From an uncultured Gammaproteobacteria bacterium (GTDB lineage: Bacteria; Patescibacteriota; Microgenomatia; Daviesbacterales; UBA10151), in assembly GCA_964500725.1 (NCBI GenBank), contig CAZCNP010000001.1, forward strand, positions 257,520 through 321,519: a stretch of 64,000 nt of DNA. Direction: 5' to 3'. A program made the translations under genes and the position numbers. This document shows positions 54,730 to 64,000 of this stretch, piece by piece. The stretch's first letter is position 1; every line of letters starts with the position of its first letter. The notes under the pieces are model-generated. The model did no database searches. It saw only the letters and a list, made by a program, of their open reading frames with translations, and was not told where the DNA came from.

Positions 54730-56046
54730 ATGCCTCAAAAATCTCCTCCAGAGGAGCATCATGATCATGGAATATTAAAATTTCCTGAAGGGTTTTTATG
54801 GGGGGCTGCTACTTCTGCCCATCAAGTTGAAGGGGAAAATATTAACAGTGACTGGTGGACCTGGGAGCAAAAAAAGCCCTCTCATCTTCATTCAGGCAAA
54901 GCCTGTGACCAATATAATCTTTATGAACAGGACTTCGAACTGGCAAAACAACTTAACCATAATGCCCATAGGTTATCTATCGAATGGTCCAGGATTGAAC
55001 CCAAAGAAGGTGAATTTAATGAGGAGGGAATCCAGCATTATGTGAAAGTATTGAAGTGTTTAAAATCCCTTAATATGACTGTCATGCTAACACTCTGGCA
55101 CTTTACACTCCCTACCTGGCTGGCAGATAAAGGTGGTTGGGAAAATGAAAAAACTCCTTTCTATTTTGAAAGGTTTGTTAAAAAAATAACCCCATTTATA
55201 GGTTCCTATGTTGATTTGTGGGTAACTTTAAATGAACCAGGAGTGTATGTTTATGAAGGATATGTTAGAAGAGAATGGCCTCCCGCCAAAAAAAGCTGGC
55301 TTGGGCAACTTAGAACCTTTTTTAACTTAGTTGCTGCCCACAGGAGAGTTTATAAATATTTACATTCTGTTTATCCTGCAGGCAAACCTGTTGGTATTGC
55401 CAACAATATTTTATCTTTTGAATCTTTCCACAAACACTCTATCAAAGAACAGATTGCTGTATGGGCAAATGACCTTTTTGTGAACCACTTGTTTTATATG
55501 TTTACTAAAAATACCCATGATTTCTTAGGAATTAATTACTACTTTCATGTTCGTTTCAAGGATAAGGAGCTAGTCCCCCAAGCCAAAGATATTACTGGAT
55601 ATATTCATGAGGTCTCAGACTTAGGCTGGGAGATTTACCCTGAAGGAATTTTTGAAGTTTTGACTGATCTGGCAGATGATATACCTATTTATATTACTGA
55701 ATGTGGCATTGCCTCAACTAATGATGACAGAAGGAATAGATTTTTGATTTCTTATTTACAAGAAGTAGCCAGAGCTATCAAAGCAGGAGTCAACGTCAGA
55801 GGCTTTTTCTACTGGTCGCTGTTAGATAACTTTGAATGGCACCTGGGATTTGACCCCAAGTTTGGCCTGGTAGAAGTTGACTACAAAACCCAAAAAAGGC
55901 ATATCCGGCCTTCTGCTTTAGTTTATACAGATATTATTCAAAATAACGGTATTCCTCATGCCCTGCTTCGCTTTATCGGCCACACTGTCCAGGCAGAAGA
56001 AGTATTGGAAAAAAGACAAAAAGAGATAGAAAAAGAGCTGAAATAA
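54730..56046 (+). CDS. glycoside hydrolase family 1 beta-glucosidase
   Basis: FLWGAATSAHQVEG, TLNEP (acid/base Glu), ITECGIA (nucleophile Glu). Confidence 0.9.
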   Translation: MPQKSPPEEHHDHGILKFPEGFLWGAATSAHQVEGENINSDWWTWEQKKPSHLHSGKACDQYNLYEQDFELAKQLNHNAHRLSIEWSRIEPKEGEFNEEGIQHYVKVLKCLKSLNMTVMLTLWHFTLPTWLADKGGWENEKTPFYFERFVKKITPFIGSYVDLWVTLNEPGVYVYEGYVRREWPPAKKSWLGQLRTFFNLVAAHRRVYKYLHSVYPAGKPVGIANNILSFESFHKHSIKEQIAVWANDLFVNHLFYMFTKNTHDFLGINYYFHVRFKDKELVPQAKDITGYIHEVSDLGWEIYPEGIFEVLTDLADDIPIYITECGIASTNDDRRNRFLISYLQEVARAIKAGVNVRGFFYWSLLDNFEWHLGFDPKFGLVEVDYKTQKRHIRPSALVYTDIIQNNGIPHALLRFIGHTVQAEEVLEKRQKEIEKELK

Positions 56047-56939
56047 TGTCCCATCTTCCTTTTACTTTAGCAGCATACCTTTTTAACGCCTTGGCAGTTC
56101 TGACCAATAAGTTTTTACTCTATAAAACTATCCCTGAACCAATAGTTTATGTTTTTTATATCAGCTTGGTATCTTTACTGGCAATTTTGGCCTTACCTTT
56201 TACTAAAATACCCTCCCTAGAGGTATTTTTGACTGCCTCTTTATCAACTATTCTCTGGACAACTGGGGCATATTTTATGTTCAAAGCCTTAAAAATTGGC
56301 CAAGTCTCAAGAGTTATCCCTATTATTGGTACGGCGATCCCCTTGATTTTGTTAATTTTTGCCTCATCAACCAATGCTATCTCCCAGATTCAAATTATTG
56401 CTACTGTAGTTTTAATAATTGGCATGGTTTTTCTAACTAGATCTGACTGGAGAGGAGATTTGCCCAAAAAAGAAATTATTTTTGAGGCTTTGTCAGCTTT
56501 AGCCTTTGCCCTTTCCTATATTATCTTAAGAGAGGCATATCTAAAATTAGATTTCTTTTCCGTTATAGTCTGGTCAAGACTAATCCTGCTGCCTTTAGGT
56601 ATCCTGATGCTGTTGATTCCTAAATTGAGAGCAAAAATTATTACCTCAAAAGGTCCATCTGTTAATTTTTTCTCTAAACCAGGGTTGATATTTTTAGGAG
56701 GACAAACTGCTGGAACTATTTCAGAACTGCTGCTTTTATTTTCTATCTCTTTGACAAACCCAGCTTTGGTAAATTCTTTGCAGGGTACCCAATATATCTT
56801 TTTACTAGCTTTATCAGCTATTCTAGCCAGGTTTTATCCAGGTATTTTCAGGGAAAAATATACTCTATCTAGTATGCTGTCTAAAACCATTGGGATAGGG
56901 TTTATTGGAATTGGGCTGTATTTGTTGGCCTTTGGGTAA
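56046..56939 (+). CDS. DMT/EamA-like 10-TM membrane transporter
   Basis: Two 5-TM halves; ATGA overlap with the GH1 stop. Confidence 0.5.
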   Translation: MSHLPFTLAAYLFNALAVLTNKFLLYKTIPEPIVYVFYISLVSLLAILALPFTKIPSLEVFLTASLSTILWTTGAYFMFKALKIGQVSRVIPIIGTAIPLILLIFASSTNAISQIQIIATVVLIIGMVFLTRSDWRGDLPKKEIIFEALSALAFALSYIILREAYLKLDFFSVIVWSRLILLPLGILMLLIPKLRAKIITSKGPSVNFFSKPGLIFLGGQTAGTISELLLLFSISLTNPALVNSLQGTQYIFLLALSAILARFYPGIFREKYTLSSMLSKTIGIGFIGIGLYLLAFG

Positions 56940-57809
56940 ACTTAAATCTATAGCCACAATTTCAAACACTCTCCTTTCTCTTCTTACTTTCACCTGCATC
57001 CCTGCGTCTTGTCTTATCTCTATTGTATCTCCGTCAACCCATAAACTTTGGCCCTGCATTGCATCACAATCAGTATTAACTTGCTCAGTTTTAAGAATTG
57101 ATTGAGGAGGCACTATCCCTCTTGACCAACAAGCTAGGGTAATCAAAAGTTTGTTTAATCTCACAGCTTTCAATCTACCTTCAATCCAGGCATGTGTTAA
57201 ACTTCGAGAATTGTCTACTTTTTGATTCGGGAAAGCCTTTACAACTCCTAAATAGGGCGAGGTAGAAAATATGTTTAAAGTCACATCATCGGAAGGCTTT
57301 AGAGTATTTAGATAACTAAGAACTGGGATTAATTTGGACCTGATCGCTCCAGGCACCCATCTATACCTTTTATTTAAATTGCCTATCGCTATTTCAAGAG
57401 TACCGGTACCGCAATCAACCAAAAATAGATGCTCTCCGAACTTGCCTGGATGAAAATAAGACGGCCGTAAAGTCCCTTCCTGCCTCGGCTTAACAAACTG
57501 TTCTGGAGTTTGACGGGCTATTTGCAGCAAATTATTATAAAAAATATGATTTGTCCCTGAAGGCAATAATCCTATATGATACTCTGCCCCACTATTATAC
57601 AGGTGCGAAACCACCTTGTTTGCTGTTCCGTCTCCTCCACCTATCAGTATTAGTTTGCAATCATCCAGTTGAGGCAATTGCCTTGCTTCTGACACCACCC
57701 TACCTGTATGTTGAGAAGTAAAATCCTTAACAAACCTGACCACTTCTTTACTTGCATAGGGATCAAGAAATATTCCTATTTCACCATTCATAAGTTTTGT
57801 ATTATACAA
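56865..57809 (-). CDS. diacylglycerol-kinase-catalytic-domain lipid kinase (YegS/DAGK family)
   Basis: LILIGGGDGTANKVVSHL (GGDGT motif). Confidence 0.7.
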   Translation of the reverse strand: MYNTKLMNGEIGIFLDPYASKEVVRFVKDFTSQHTGRVVSEARQLPQLDDCKLILIGGGDGTANKVVSHLYNSGAEYHIGLLPSGTNHIFYNNLLQIARQTPEQFVKPRQEGTLRPSYFHPGKFGEHLFLVDCGTGTLEIAIGNLNKRYRWVPGAIRSKLIPVLSYLNTLKPSDDVTLNIFSTSPYLGVVKAFPNQKVDNSRSLTHAWIEGRLKAVRLNKLLITLACWSRGIVPPQSILKTEQVNTDCDAMQGQSLWVDGDTIEIRQDAGMQVKVRRERRVFEIVAIDLSLPKGQQIQPNSNKPYPNGFRQHTR

Positions 57810-57837
57810 CTTATAGAAAAAGTTTTAGGGATTAAAT

Positions 57838-60225
57838 TTGCCTATTGCACTTCTTCAGAGAAATATTTTAGAATGCGGGCAGTTAAGCTATATGTCCGGC
57901 AAGCACGAACTTATGCCCAAAGGACGAAGAAAAAAAACTATTACCAGGCCCTCTGTTTTAATGATTGCTCTTCTTTTGGTAAAAATTATCTTAATTAAAG
58001 TTGGCCAGCTGCCACTTTTACCTCTTCGCAGCCTTGCAAATATCTCTATGCATGGCCGAAAAACCAAACGCGGCAGATCAAGAACTATACCAATACCTTT
58101 AGTAAAACAGGTGCCAACTTATACCAAAAGGGCTTTTACCAATATTACGGCCTTTTTGAACAAAAAAAGAAACAGAGGTAGGCCTAAAAAATTCCGTCTA
58201 TCAAAAAGGGCTAAAATTGCCATCTGTTTAGCAGTGTTTTTTATATTCGTTTCTTCCTATACCCTTTTTATACTCACAGCAGCATATGCTCTTCCTAATC
58301 CTAACAAACTCTCGTCTTCTGCCTTACCTATCACTACAGAAATCTATGATCGTAATGGAATTTTGCTTTACAGGATTTATGATGGCAGCAACCGCACCCT
58401 AGTTAAACTTCCTGAAGTTCCTAAAAGCTTAATCCAAGCAACGCTGGCAATAGAAGATCAGAATTTTTATCGACATTTTGGTATTGATTTCTCTGCAATA
58501 GCTCGTGCTCTTTATCGCAATATCACCACAGGCTCCCATGAAGGAGCCTCCACTATTACCCAACAGCTTATTAAAAACTCCCTGCTGACCCCTGAAAAAA
58601 CTTATACCCGCAAGATGCGGGAAGGCATACTGGCTTTATGGGCAGAAATCATTTATTCGAAAGAACAAATTTTGCAGATGTATCTAAATGAAGCCCCATA
58701 CGGAGGGTCAATCATGGGTATTGCAGCAGCCTCTCAAACCTATTTTGATAAGTCCCCCTCAGAACTTACTTTGGAGGAAAGTTCTTACCTGGCAGGACTA
58801 CCTGCCTCACCTACCCAGTTTTCCCCTTATGGCTCAAGCCCTAAACTGGCCAAACAGCGCCAAAAAGAAGTTTTGCAACAAATGGTGGAGAATAAATATA
58901 TTACCCAATTTCAAGCAGATGAAGCATACAAACAAGATCTTAATATTAAACCACTAAAAAATAATATTTTAGCTCCTCACTTTGTTTTTTACATTAGAGA
59001 CTATTTGTCAGAAAAATTAGGTCCAAAGCTTGTCTCGCAAGGAGGCTTAAAAGTTTATACCACCCTGGATCTACAGCTACAGCAAAAAGTAGAAGAAATA
59101 GTTAAAAATGAGGTAGATAGTCTCCAAAACTTGAATGTTAAAAATGGCGCAGCAATGGTGACAGATGCGGTTACTGGCCAAATTTTGGCTATGGTAGGCT
59201 CCAGATCTTATCATTATCCTGGTTTTGGCAACTACAATGCTGCTTTGGCTCTTCGCCAGCCAGGGTCTTCTATTAAACCAATTACTTATGCTGCAGCTTT
59301 GAAAAATGGGTTCAGCCCTAGCAATATTCTTTTAGATACGCCAGTCACATTCCGTGACGAGTGGGGCAATGGATATTCCCCAGTAAATTATGATGGTACT
59401 TTTCATGGCCCGGTAACCTTAAGACAGGCTTTAGGCAGTTCTTTAAATATACCTGCAGTCAAACTTTTGGCCACTGTAGGAATTGAGGCTTTTGCCCAAA
59501 CAGCCAGGGATTTAGGAATCACCACTATCGATAATCCTAAACAATATGGGTTGTCTTTAACTTTAGGGTCAGCTGAAGTTAAAATGATTGAGATGATGGG
59601 GGTTTACGGAGCCTTTTCCCAGCTAGGCCAGTTAAACCCACCCACCGGTATTTTAGAAGTCACAGATTCTTCTGGTTATATTCTAGAAGAGTATGAAAAT
59701 TCCTCAAAACAAACTCTTTTACCGGAAACTGCCTTCCTAATCACCCATATCTTATCAGATGATAATGCCAGGAAAATGGCTTTCGGCGCCAACTCTTTAC
59801 TCAAAATCAAGGGTTATGAGGTGGCAGTCAAAACAGGTACTTCTGACAGCAAAAGGGATAACTGGACTTTTGGCTATACTCCAAAGTATGTAGTAGGAGT
59901 TTGGGTAGGCAACCCTGATAATACCCCCATGAATCCTAATCTTGCCTCAGGAATAACAGGAGCAGCCCCAATTTGGAATAAAATCATGCATAAGCTTTTG
60001 GATAACACAACTCCTTTAGCTTTTCAAAAACCATCAGAGATAAAAGAAGTGGCAGTTGATGGGAAAAAAGACCTGGGAGTTGCAGGAAATATCCCCAAAG
60101 CCATGGTCAGAGTCCAAAAAAAGGAAGACAAACTAATTTTTTCTGATCCATTCTCTTCTTATGCTACACCTTCTGCCTTAACTAACCAGCCTCTTTCACC
60201 AGCCACATTCCAATCTACCAATTAA
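57838..60225 (+). CDS. class A penicillin-binding protein (PBP1A: glycosyltransferase + transpeptidase)
   Basis: GT51 motifs EDQNFYRHFGID, and TITQQL; TPase SIKP, SLN, KTGT. True start probably an internal Met (MSGKHELMPKG…). Confidence 0.85.
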   Translation: MPIALLQRNILECGQLSYMSGKHELMPKGRRKKTITRPSVLMIALLLVKIILIKVGQLPLLPLRSLANISMHGRKTKRGRSRTIPIPLVKQVPTYTKRAFTNITAFLNKKRNRGRPKKFRLSKRAKIAICLAVFFIFVSSYTLFILTAAYALPNPNKLSSSALPITTEIYDRNGILLYRIYDGSNRTLVKLPEVPKSLIQATLAIEDQNFYRHFGIDFSAIARALYRNITTGSHEGASTITQQLIKNSLLTPEKTYTRKMREGILALWAEIIYSKEQILQMYLNEAPYGGSIMGIAAASQTYFDKSPSELTLEESSYLAGLPASPTQFSPYGSSPKLAKQRQKEVLQQMVENKYITQFQADEAYKQDLNIKPLKNNILAPHFVFYIRDYLSEKLGPKLVSQGGLKVYTTLDLQLQQKVEEIVKNEVDSLQNLNVKNGAAMVTDAVTGQILAMVGSRSYHYPGFGNYNAALALRQPGSSIKPITYAAALKNGFSPSNILLDTPVTFRDEWGNGYSPVNYDGTFHGPVTLRQALGSSLNIPAVKLLATVGIEAFAQTARDLGITTIDNPKQYGLSLTLGSAEVKMIEMMGVYGAFSQLGQLNPPTGILEVTDSSGYILEEYENSSKQTLLPETAFLITHILSDDNARKMAFGANSLLKIKGYEVAVKTGTSDSKRDNWTFGYTPKYVVGVWVGNPDNTPMNPNLASGITGAAPIWNKIMHKLLDNTTPLAFQKPSEIKEVAVDGKKDLGVAGNIPKAMVRVQKKEDKLIFSDPFSSYATPSALTNQPLSPATFQSTN

Positions 60226-60256
60226 TTTTTGATCCCAATTTTCCAAACTCCTAAAT

Positions 60257-60826
60257 TCACGTTGTAAGCACTACCCAACCGCGGAGGTCAGATTTTTTTA
60301 TTTTAATTGGTGAGGTAATAAATCTGGTGCAGTTTCCAATAAAAATTAGGGTTCCAAAACGGGCATTTTTATTCTTTTCCCAGTACCCTTCTCCTACTGC
60401 CAAGTCATTTTTATAACCCTCTTTCAACTGATTTAAATCATTCTCTTCAAAACCATCAAAAAAGATCACTTTTTTTACTCTAAATTGGCCAATTATGTCT
60501 TTACCAGAAGGTTTAATATAGACTAAATCCCCACTAGAAATAACCCCAAAAGGAGGATTTTTTGCCTTGGAAAAACGGGATTCAATAGTTTTTTTACCGG
60601 ACAATATATCCTCCCCTACTTCTCCTTTGAAAATAGCCAGATGTTTTTGCATATTAATGCTATCTTGAATTATACTACTACCTTTGATATACTTGACAAA
60701 GTGCCTCCAAAAATGGAGGCTTTTTTGTATCGGACTGAAGATCAAAACAACTAAAATTTCTAAAAAATTGTTTTGATCAAGGGAGATCGCTTGCAAAAAA
60801 ATGTCTAAATGACAATTTTTTGACAA
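60257..60826 (-). CDS. ASCH/PUA-like domain protein (probable true start at internal MQKHLAIF)
   Basis: HLAIFKGEVGEDILSGKKTIESRF…LVYIK fits the ASCH pattern. Confidence 0.45.
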   Translation of the reverse strand: MSKNCHLDIFLQAISLDQNNFLEILVVLIFSPIQKSLHFWRHFVKYIKGSSIIQDSINMQKHLAIFKGEVGEDILSGKKTIESRFSKAKNPPFGVISSGDLVYIKPSGKDIIGQFRVKKVIFFDGFEENDLNQLKEGYKNDLAVGEGYWEKNKNARFGTLIFIGNCTRFITSPIKIKKSDLRGWVVLTT

Positions 60827-60838
60827 GGGTAAAACAAA

Positions 60839-61024
60839 ATGAATCCTGTCAATTTTTTAAAGGAGGTTAAAGAAGAGTTAGGAAAAGTAGCCTGGCCAAC
60901 CAGGGAGCAAACCATCCGCTACACTGTATTAGTAATACTAGTAGCTGTAGTAGTAGGTTTGTTCTTGGGAGGATTAGATGCTGTCTTAACAGCTCTAACA
61001 GGGTTTTTGCTAAACAATAAATAA
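60839..61024 (+). CDS. secE: preprotein translocase subunit SecE
   Basis: FLKEVKEELGKVAWPTREQTIRYTVLVILV plus a single TM; position before nusG. Confidence 0.85.
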   Translation: MNPVNFLKEVKEELGKVAWPTREQTIRYTVLVILVAVVVGLFLGGLDAVLTALTGFLLNNK

Positions 61025-61025
61025 T

Positions 61026-61721
61026 ATGGACGACAATCAAACAAATCAAAATACTATTGAAGAGCAAACTGAAGAATCAGCCAGCGAAACTCCCTCTACT
61101 GAAGAACAAGTAGAATCTAATGAGTCTGATACTTCCTCTGAAACAGAAACACCATCCAATGAAGCTGCCCAACCAGCTGATGACAAAAAGAGCAGTCCTA
61201 ATGCTAAGTGGTATGTAGTCCATACCTATTCTGGCCATGAAAACAAAGTTGCCCACACCTTAAAACAAAGAATTGAATCTGAGCATTTGGAAAATAAAAT
61301 TCTGGATGTTTTAGTCCCAATGCAGGATAAAATTGAAATCAAAGGTGGCAAGAAATTATCTGTTAAAGAAAAAATCTTTCCTGGCTATATTTTAGTTAAA
61401 ATGGTTTTGGATGATACCTCTTGGCTGGCTGTCAGAACTACCCAAGGAGTAACTAGCTTTGTAGGTATGGGCAACAAACCCACTCCTATTTCTGATCAAG
61501 AAGTTCAAACTATTGTTAAATTTACTCAAACTGAAGCTCCAATGTACAAACAAGTTTTCTCAGAGAGTGACACAGTCAAAATTGTGGATGGTCCATTTGC
61601 TGACTTTATAGGTAAAATTGATTCAGTTGATCAGGAAAAAGGAAAAGTGCGAGTTTTAGTATCTATCTTTGGCAGGGAAACACCAGTAGAATTAGACTTT
61701 CTGCAAGTGCAAAAAATCTAA
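61026..61721 (+). CDS. nusG: transcription termination/antitermination factor NusG with approx. 50-aa acidic N-terminal extension
   Basis: KWYVVHTYSGHENKV (NGN) and C-terminal KOW (VKIVDGPFADFIGKI). Confidence 0.9.
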   Translation: MDDNQTNQNTIEEQTEESASETPSTEEQVESNESDTSSETETPSNEAAQPADDKKSSPNAKWYVVHTYSGHENKVAHTLKQRIESEHLENKILDVLVPMQDKIEIKGGKKLSVKEKIFPGYILVKMVLDDTSWLAVRTTQGVTSFVGMGNKPTPISDQEVQTIVKFTQTEAPMYKQVFSESDTVKIVDGPFADFIGKIDSVDQEKGKVRVLVSIFGRETPVELDFLQVQKI

Positions 61722-61735
61722 AATTCAACTAACTT

Positions 61736-62161
61736 ATGGCAAAGAAGGTAAAAACATTTATAAAATTAAATATTCCTGCAGGTGAAGCAACTCCTGCTCC
61801 TCCAGTTGGCCCTGCTTTAGGCCAACAAGGACTTCCTATTATGGAGTTTGTCAAAGCTTTCAATGATAAAACTGCTGAGAAAAAAGGCAATATCTTGCCT
61901 GTAGTGATTACTGTTTATGAAGATAGGACCTTCTCTTTTATTACCAAAGAACCTCCTGTTGCTGAAATGATCAAAAAAACCCTATCTTTGGAAAAAGGCT
62001 CTGGCACTGCTTTAAAAGATGCTGTGGGGACATTAACCCAAGCTCAAGTAAAAACTATTGCTGAGGCTAAACTACCTGATTTAAACACCAGAAATGTTGA
62101 AGCTGCTATGAGAATAGTAGAAGGCACAGCCAGAAGTATGGGAGTGAAAATAAATGGGTAG
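61736..62161 (+). CDS. rplK: 50S ribosomal protein L11
   Basis: [31 protein letters not shown]. Confidence 0.95.
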   Translation: MAKKVKTFIKLNIPAGEATPAPPVGPALGQQGLPIMEFVKAFNDKTAEKKGNILPVVITVYEDRTFSFITKEPPVAEMIKKTLSLEKGSGTALKDAVGTLTQAQVKTIAEAKLPDLNTRNVEAAMRIVEGTARSMGVKING

Positions 62162-62966
62162 ACCAAAAATAAAAATTATTGATGATTCAGCTCCAGAAGC
62201 TGAAGAAAAAGAAAAAAAGGTTAAATCCTCTGATAAACCAGAGATTTCTGAGTCTGCAGCTGCAAATGAAACAAAAACAGCTTCACCAGAAGTTAAAACA
62301 GAGACCAAAAAGCCTCAAAAACCAGGCAAGGAAAAACCTAGAAGCAAAAAATACCAAGAATTAACTAAAGATTTAGACAGAAACAAAAACTACCCCTTAA
62401 ATGAGGCTATAGAAACAGTTAAAAAATTATCATATTCTAAGTTTGAAGGTAGTTTAGAGGCTCATATTAATACAGCAACTACCGGAATCAGAGGATTAGT
62501 TTCCCTGCCTTTTGCCTCCGGCAGAAAACTGCGCATTATAGCTTTTGGTAATGGCGCTGAAACCTCAGGCGCAGATACTGCCGGCACTGAAGATACTATT
62601 GAAAGCATCAACAAAGGCAAAATCGACTTTGATATTGTAGTTACCACCCCTGCATGGATGAGCAAACTTGCCAAAGTAGCCAGAATCTTAGGTCCTAGAG
62701 GACTAATGCCTAATCCTAAAAATGGCACAATTACAGACGATCTTAAAAGATCGGTCGAAGGCTTCCAGGCTGGCAAAACAGAATATAAAACCGAAAGCAA
62801 AGCTCCAGTTATTCATATGGCTTTAGGTAAAATAAACCAACCCACAGAAGAGCTATCAGCCAATATTAAAACTTTACTTCAAACTTTAGGCAAAACTAGA
62901 GTTAAAAAAGTAACCCTTTCCCCAACCATGGGTCCATCAGTTAAATTAGATCTTTCTTCTATTTAA
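62154..62966 (+). CDS. rplA: 50S ribosomal protein L1 with approx. 60-aa K/E-rich N-terminal extension
   Basis: [13 protein letters not shown]…, [19 protein letters not shown]. Confidence 0.9.
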   Translation: MGRPKIKIIDDSAPEAEEKEKKVKSSDKPEISESAAANETKTASPEVKTETKKPQKPGKEKPRSKKYQELTKDLDRNKNYPLNEAIETVKKLSYSKFEGSLEAHINTATTGIRGLVSLPFASGRKLRIIAFGNGAETSGADTAGTEDTIESINKGKIDFDIVVTTPAWMSKLAKVARILGPRGLMPNPKNGTITDDLKRSVEGFQAGKTEYKTESKAPVIHMALGKINQPTEELSANIKTLLQTLGKTRVKKVTLSPTMGPSVKLDLSSI

Positions 62967-63243
62967 CCTCAAATCCTACCTTTAGTTTTAAACCTAATGC
63001 TCCTGCCAGTTTTTTTAGAAGACCTATTGATGGGTTTGAATTCATTCCTTCAATTCTGGAGATCACAGCCTGGGTTGTATGGGCTTTTCTAGCCAATTCC
63101 CTTTGTGAAATATTTCTTTTAAGACGAACTTCAATAAGTTTTCTGCCTAGTTGATACTCAACCTCAGAATCCTCCCAGGTTTTTCTAAATTCTGGATCTT
63201 TTAGACTCTCTTCCAAGTGTTGTTCAAAAGTATATCTTTTCAT
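62959..63243 (-). CDS. higA: XRE-family HTH antitoxin (HigA-like)
   Basis: RNISQRELARKAHTTQAVISRIE is an HTH_XRE motif; follows the HigB-like gene. Confidence 0.7.
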   Translation of the reverse strand: MKRYTFEQHLEESLKDPEFRKTWEDSEVEYQLGRKLIEVRLKRNISQRELARKAHTTQAVISRIEGMNSNPSIGLLKKLAGALGLKLKVGFEVK

Positions 63244-63269
63244 ATATTGTCATAATATCTTAAAAGATA

Positions 63270-63611
63270 TCATTTGTCAATCGGCGGTATTCTGGACAAA
63301 GCAATTGCAATCTCTTTAGGAGGAGTTTTATCAGTCTTCTTGACAAATGCATGAAGTAGCAGAATTTTCTTCTCTTGCCTGGTTATATAAAATATACGCA
63401 CACTATCTCCTCCCAGAATCCTTATTTCCCAAATTGGTGTACCTGCTAACTTCTTAATATGTGGGATTGCTACAGTCAATCCATATTCCTTAATGTATTG
63501 AAAAATCCTAAAAGCTTTTGATTTAACAACAGGACGCTCGTCTAAGAAGTTTTTTACAGGGCTATCGCCTGAAGATGAAATATAGTAGTTAATTTGCCAA
63601 CCCTCATCCAT
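63270..63611 (-). CDS. higB: HigB/Gp49-like RelE-superfamily toxin
   Basis: IWEIRILGGDSVRIFYITRQEKKILLLHAFVKKTDKTPPKEIAIA. Confidence 0.7.
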   Translation of the reverse strand: MDEGWQINYYISSSGDSPVKNFLDERPVVKSKAFRIFQYIKEYGLTVAIPHIKKLAGTPIWEIRILGGDSVRIFYITRQEKKILLLHAFVKKTDKTPPKEIAIALSRIPPIDK

Positions 63612-63969
63612 TTTTTTCTCTTTTTAAAACTTTTTTAAAAATTACTCCTACATCAATCTTGAGGCTATAAAGAGAAATCAGACCAAAAATTAATATAAAA
63701 ATAGCTGCAAGAATATGCCATAAAACTACCATTGTTGAGGCTAAATTAGTAGAAATTCCAAATATTCCAGAAAGTATCAAAAGCCCTGAAGCCTCAGCTG
63801 AACCCACATACCCTGGAGCTGCTGGGATTAAATAGGTTAAAGCAGATAGAAGCTGCCCTAAATACATTTTTAAAAACTCCTGATTTACCCCTAAAGCAAT
63901 AAAGGTAAAATACCAAATTGCTGCATCTGCAGCATAGGCCAAAACTGTGATTGCTATCATATAAAACAA
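63604..63969 (-). CDS. polytopic membrane protein (flippase-like/UPF0104-like)
   Basis: 4 TM helices; 8-nt overlap with higB. Confidence 0.35.
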   Translation of the reverse strand: MFYMIAITVLAYAADAAIWYFTFIALGVNQEFLKMYLGQLLSALTYLIPAAPGYVGSAEASGLLILSGIFGISTNLASTMVVLWHILAAIFILIFGLISLYSLKIDVGVIFKKVLKREKNG

Positions 63970-64000
63970 ATCTTTTGGGTGCCTATTTAGAATTGAGAAT

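Overview
This is an AT-rich window with tightly packed genes, small proteins and charged extensions on ribosomal proteins and NusG. It looks like a reduced-genome bacterium, possibly Patescibacteria/CPR-like; that is inference from gene content and composition only. Most of the window is ordinary chromosomal backbone. From the left edge: frr (partial), tsf and rpsB; a dTMP operon (tmk, two dCTP-deaminase paralogs, thyA, folA); pyrG; topA; a RelE/Phd TA pair; a Clp-type AAA+ ATPase; dprA; mreB/C/D with PBP2; pyrD/pyrF/pyrE; a P-type ATPase; def-fmt; bL28; then rpmG, tRNA-Trp, secE, nusG, rplK and rplA at the far end. The exciting part is a roughly 16-kb island at about 35.5-52.2 kb, between a tRNA-Thr(GGU) and rpmG. 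The tRNA-Thr is split in its anticodon loop by a 158-nt insertion with group-I-intron-like P7/S elements, and a LAGLIDADG-like ORF sits immediately upstream. Next comes a 523-aa large serine recombinase bracketed by its own 65-bp-perfect (about 120-bp imperfect) inverted repeats. After that is a 13.6-kb segment bounded by about 250-bp imperfect terminal inverted repeats. Its cargo includes a 1571-aa protein that fuses an SNF2/RapA-type ATPase to a complete sigma-70 (regions 2-4) domain, which I have not seen described. The cargo also has a methyltransferase-like partner, a protein with a C-terminal RelE/ParE-fold domain, an RluA paralog, a GC-rich hairpin-dense 440-nt region (candidate ncRNA or origin), and a cluster of CCATTAATGG palindromes. 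Separately, fmt and a HAD hydrolase have conserved N-termini that begin at an ATA codon overlapping the upstream stop codon (ATAA / ATAG), which suggests AUA-initiated, translationally coupled genes. All calls come from reading the sequence and ORF translations by eye; no searches were run.
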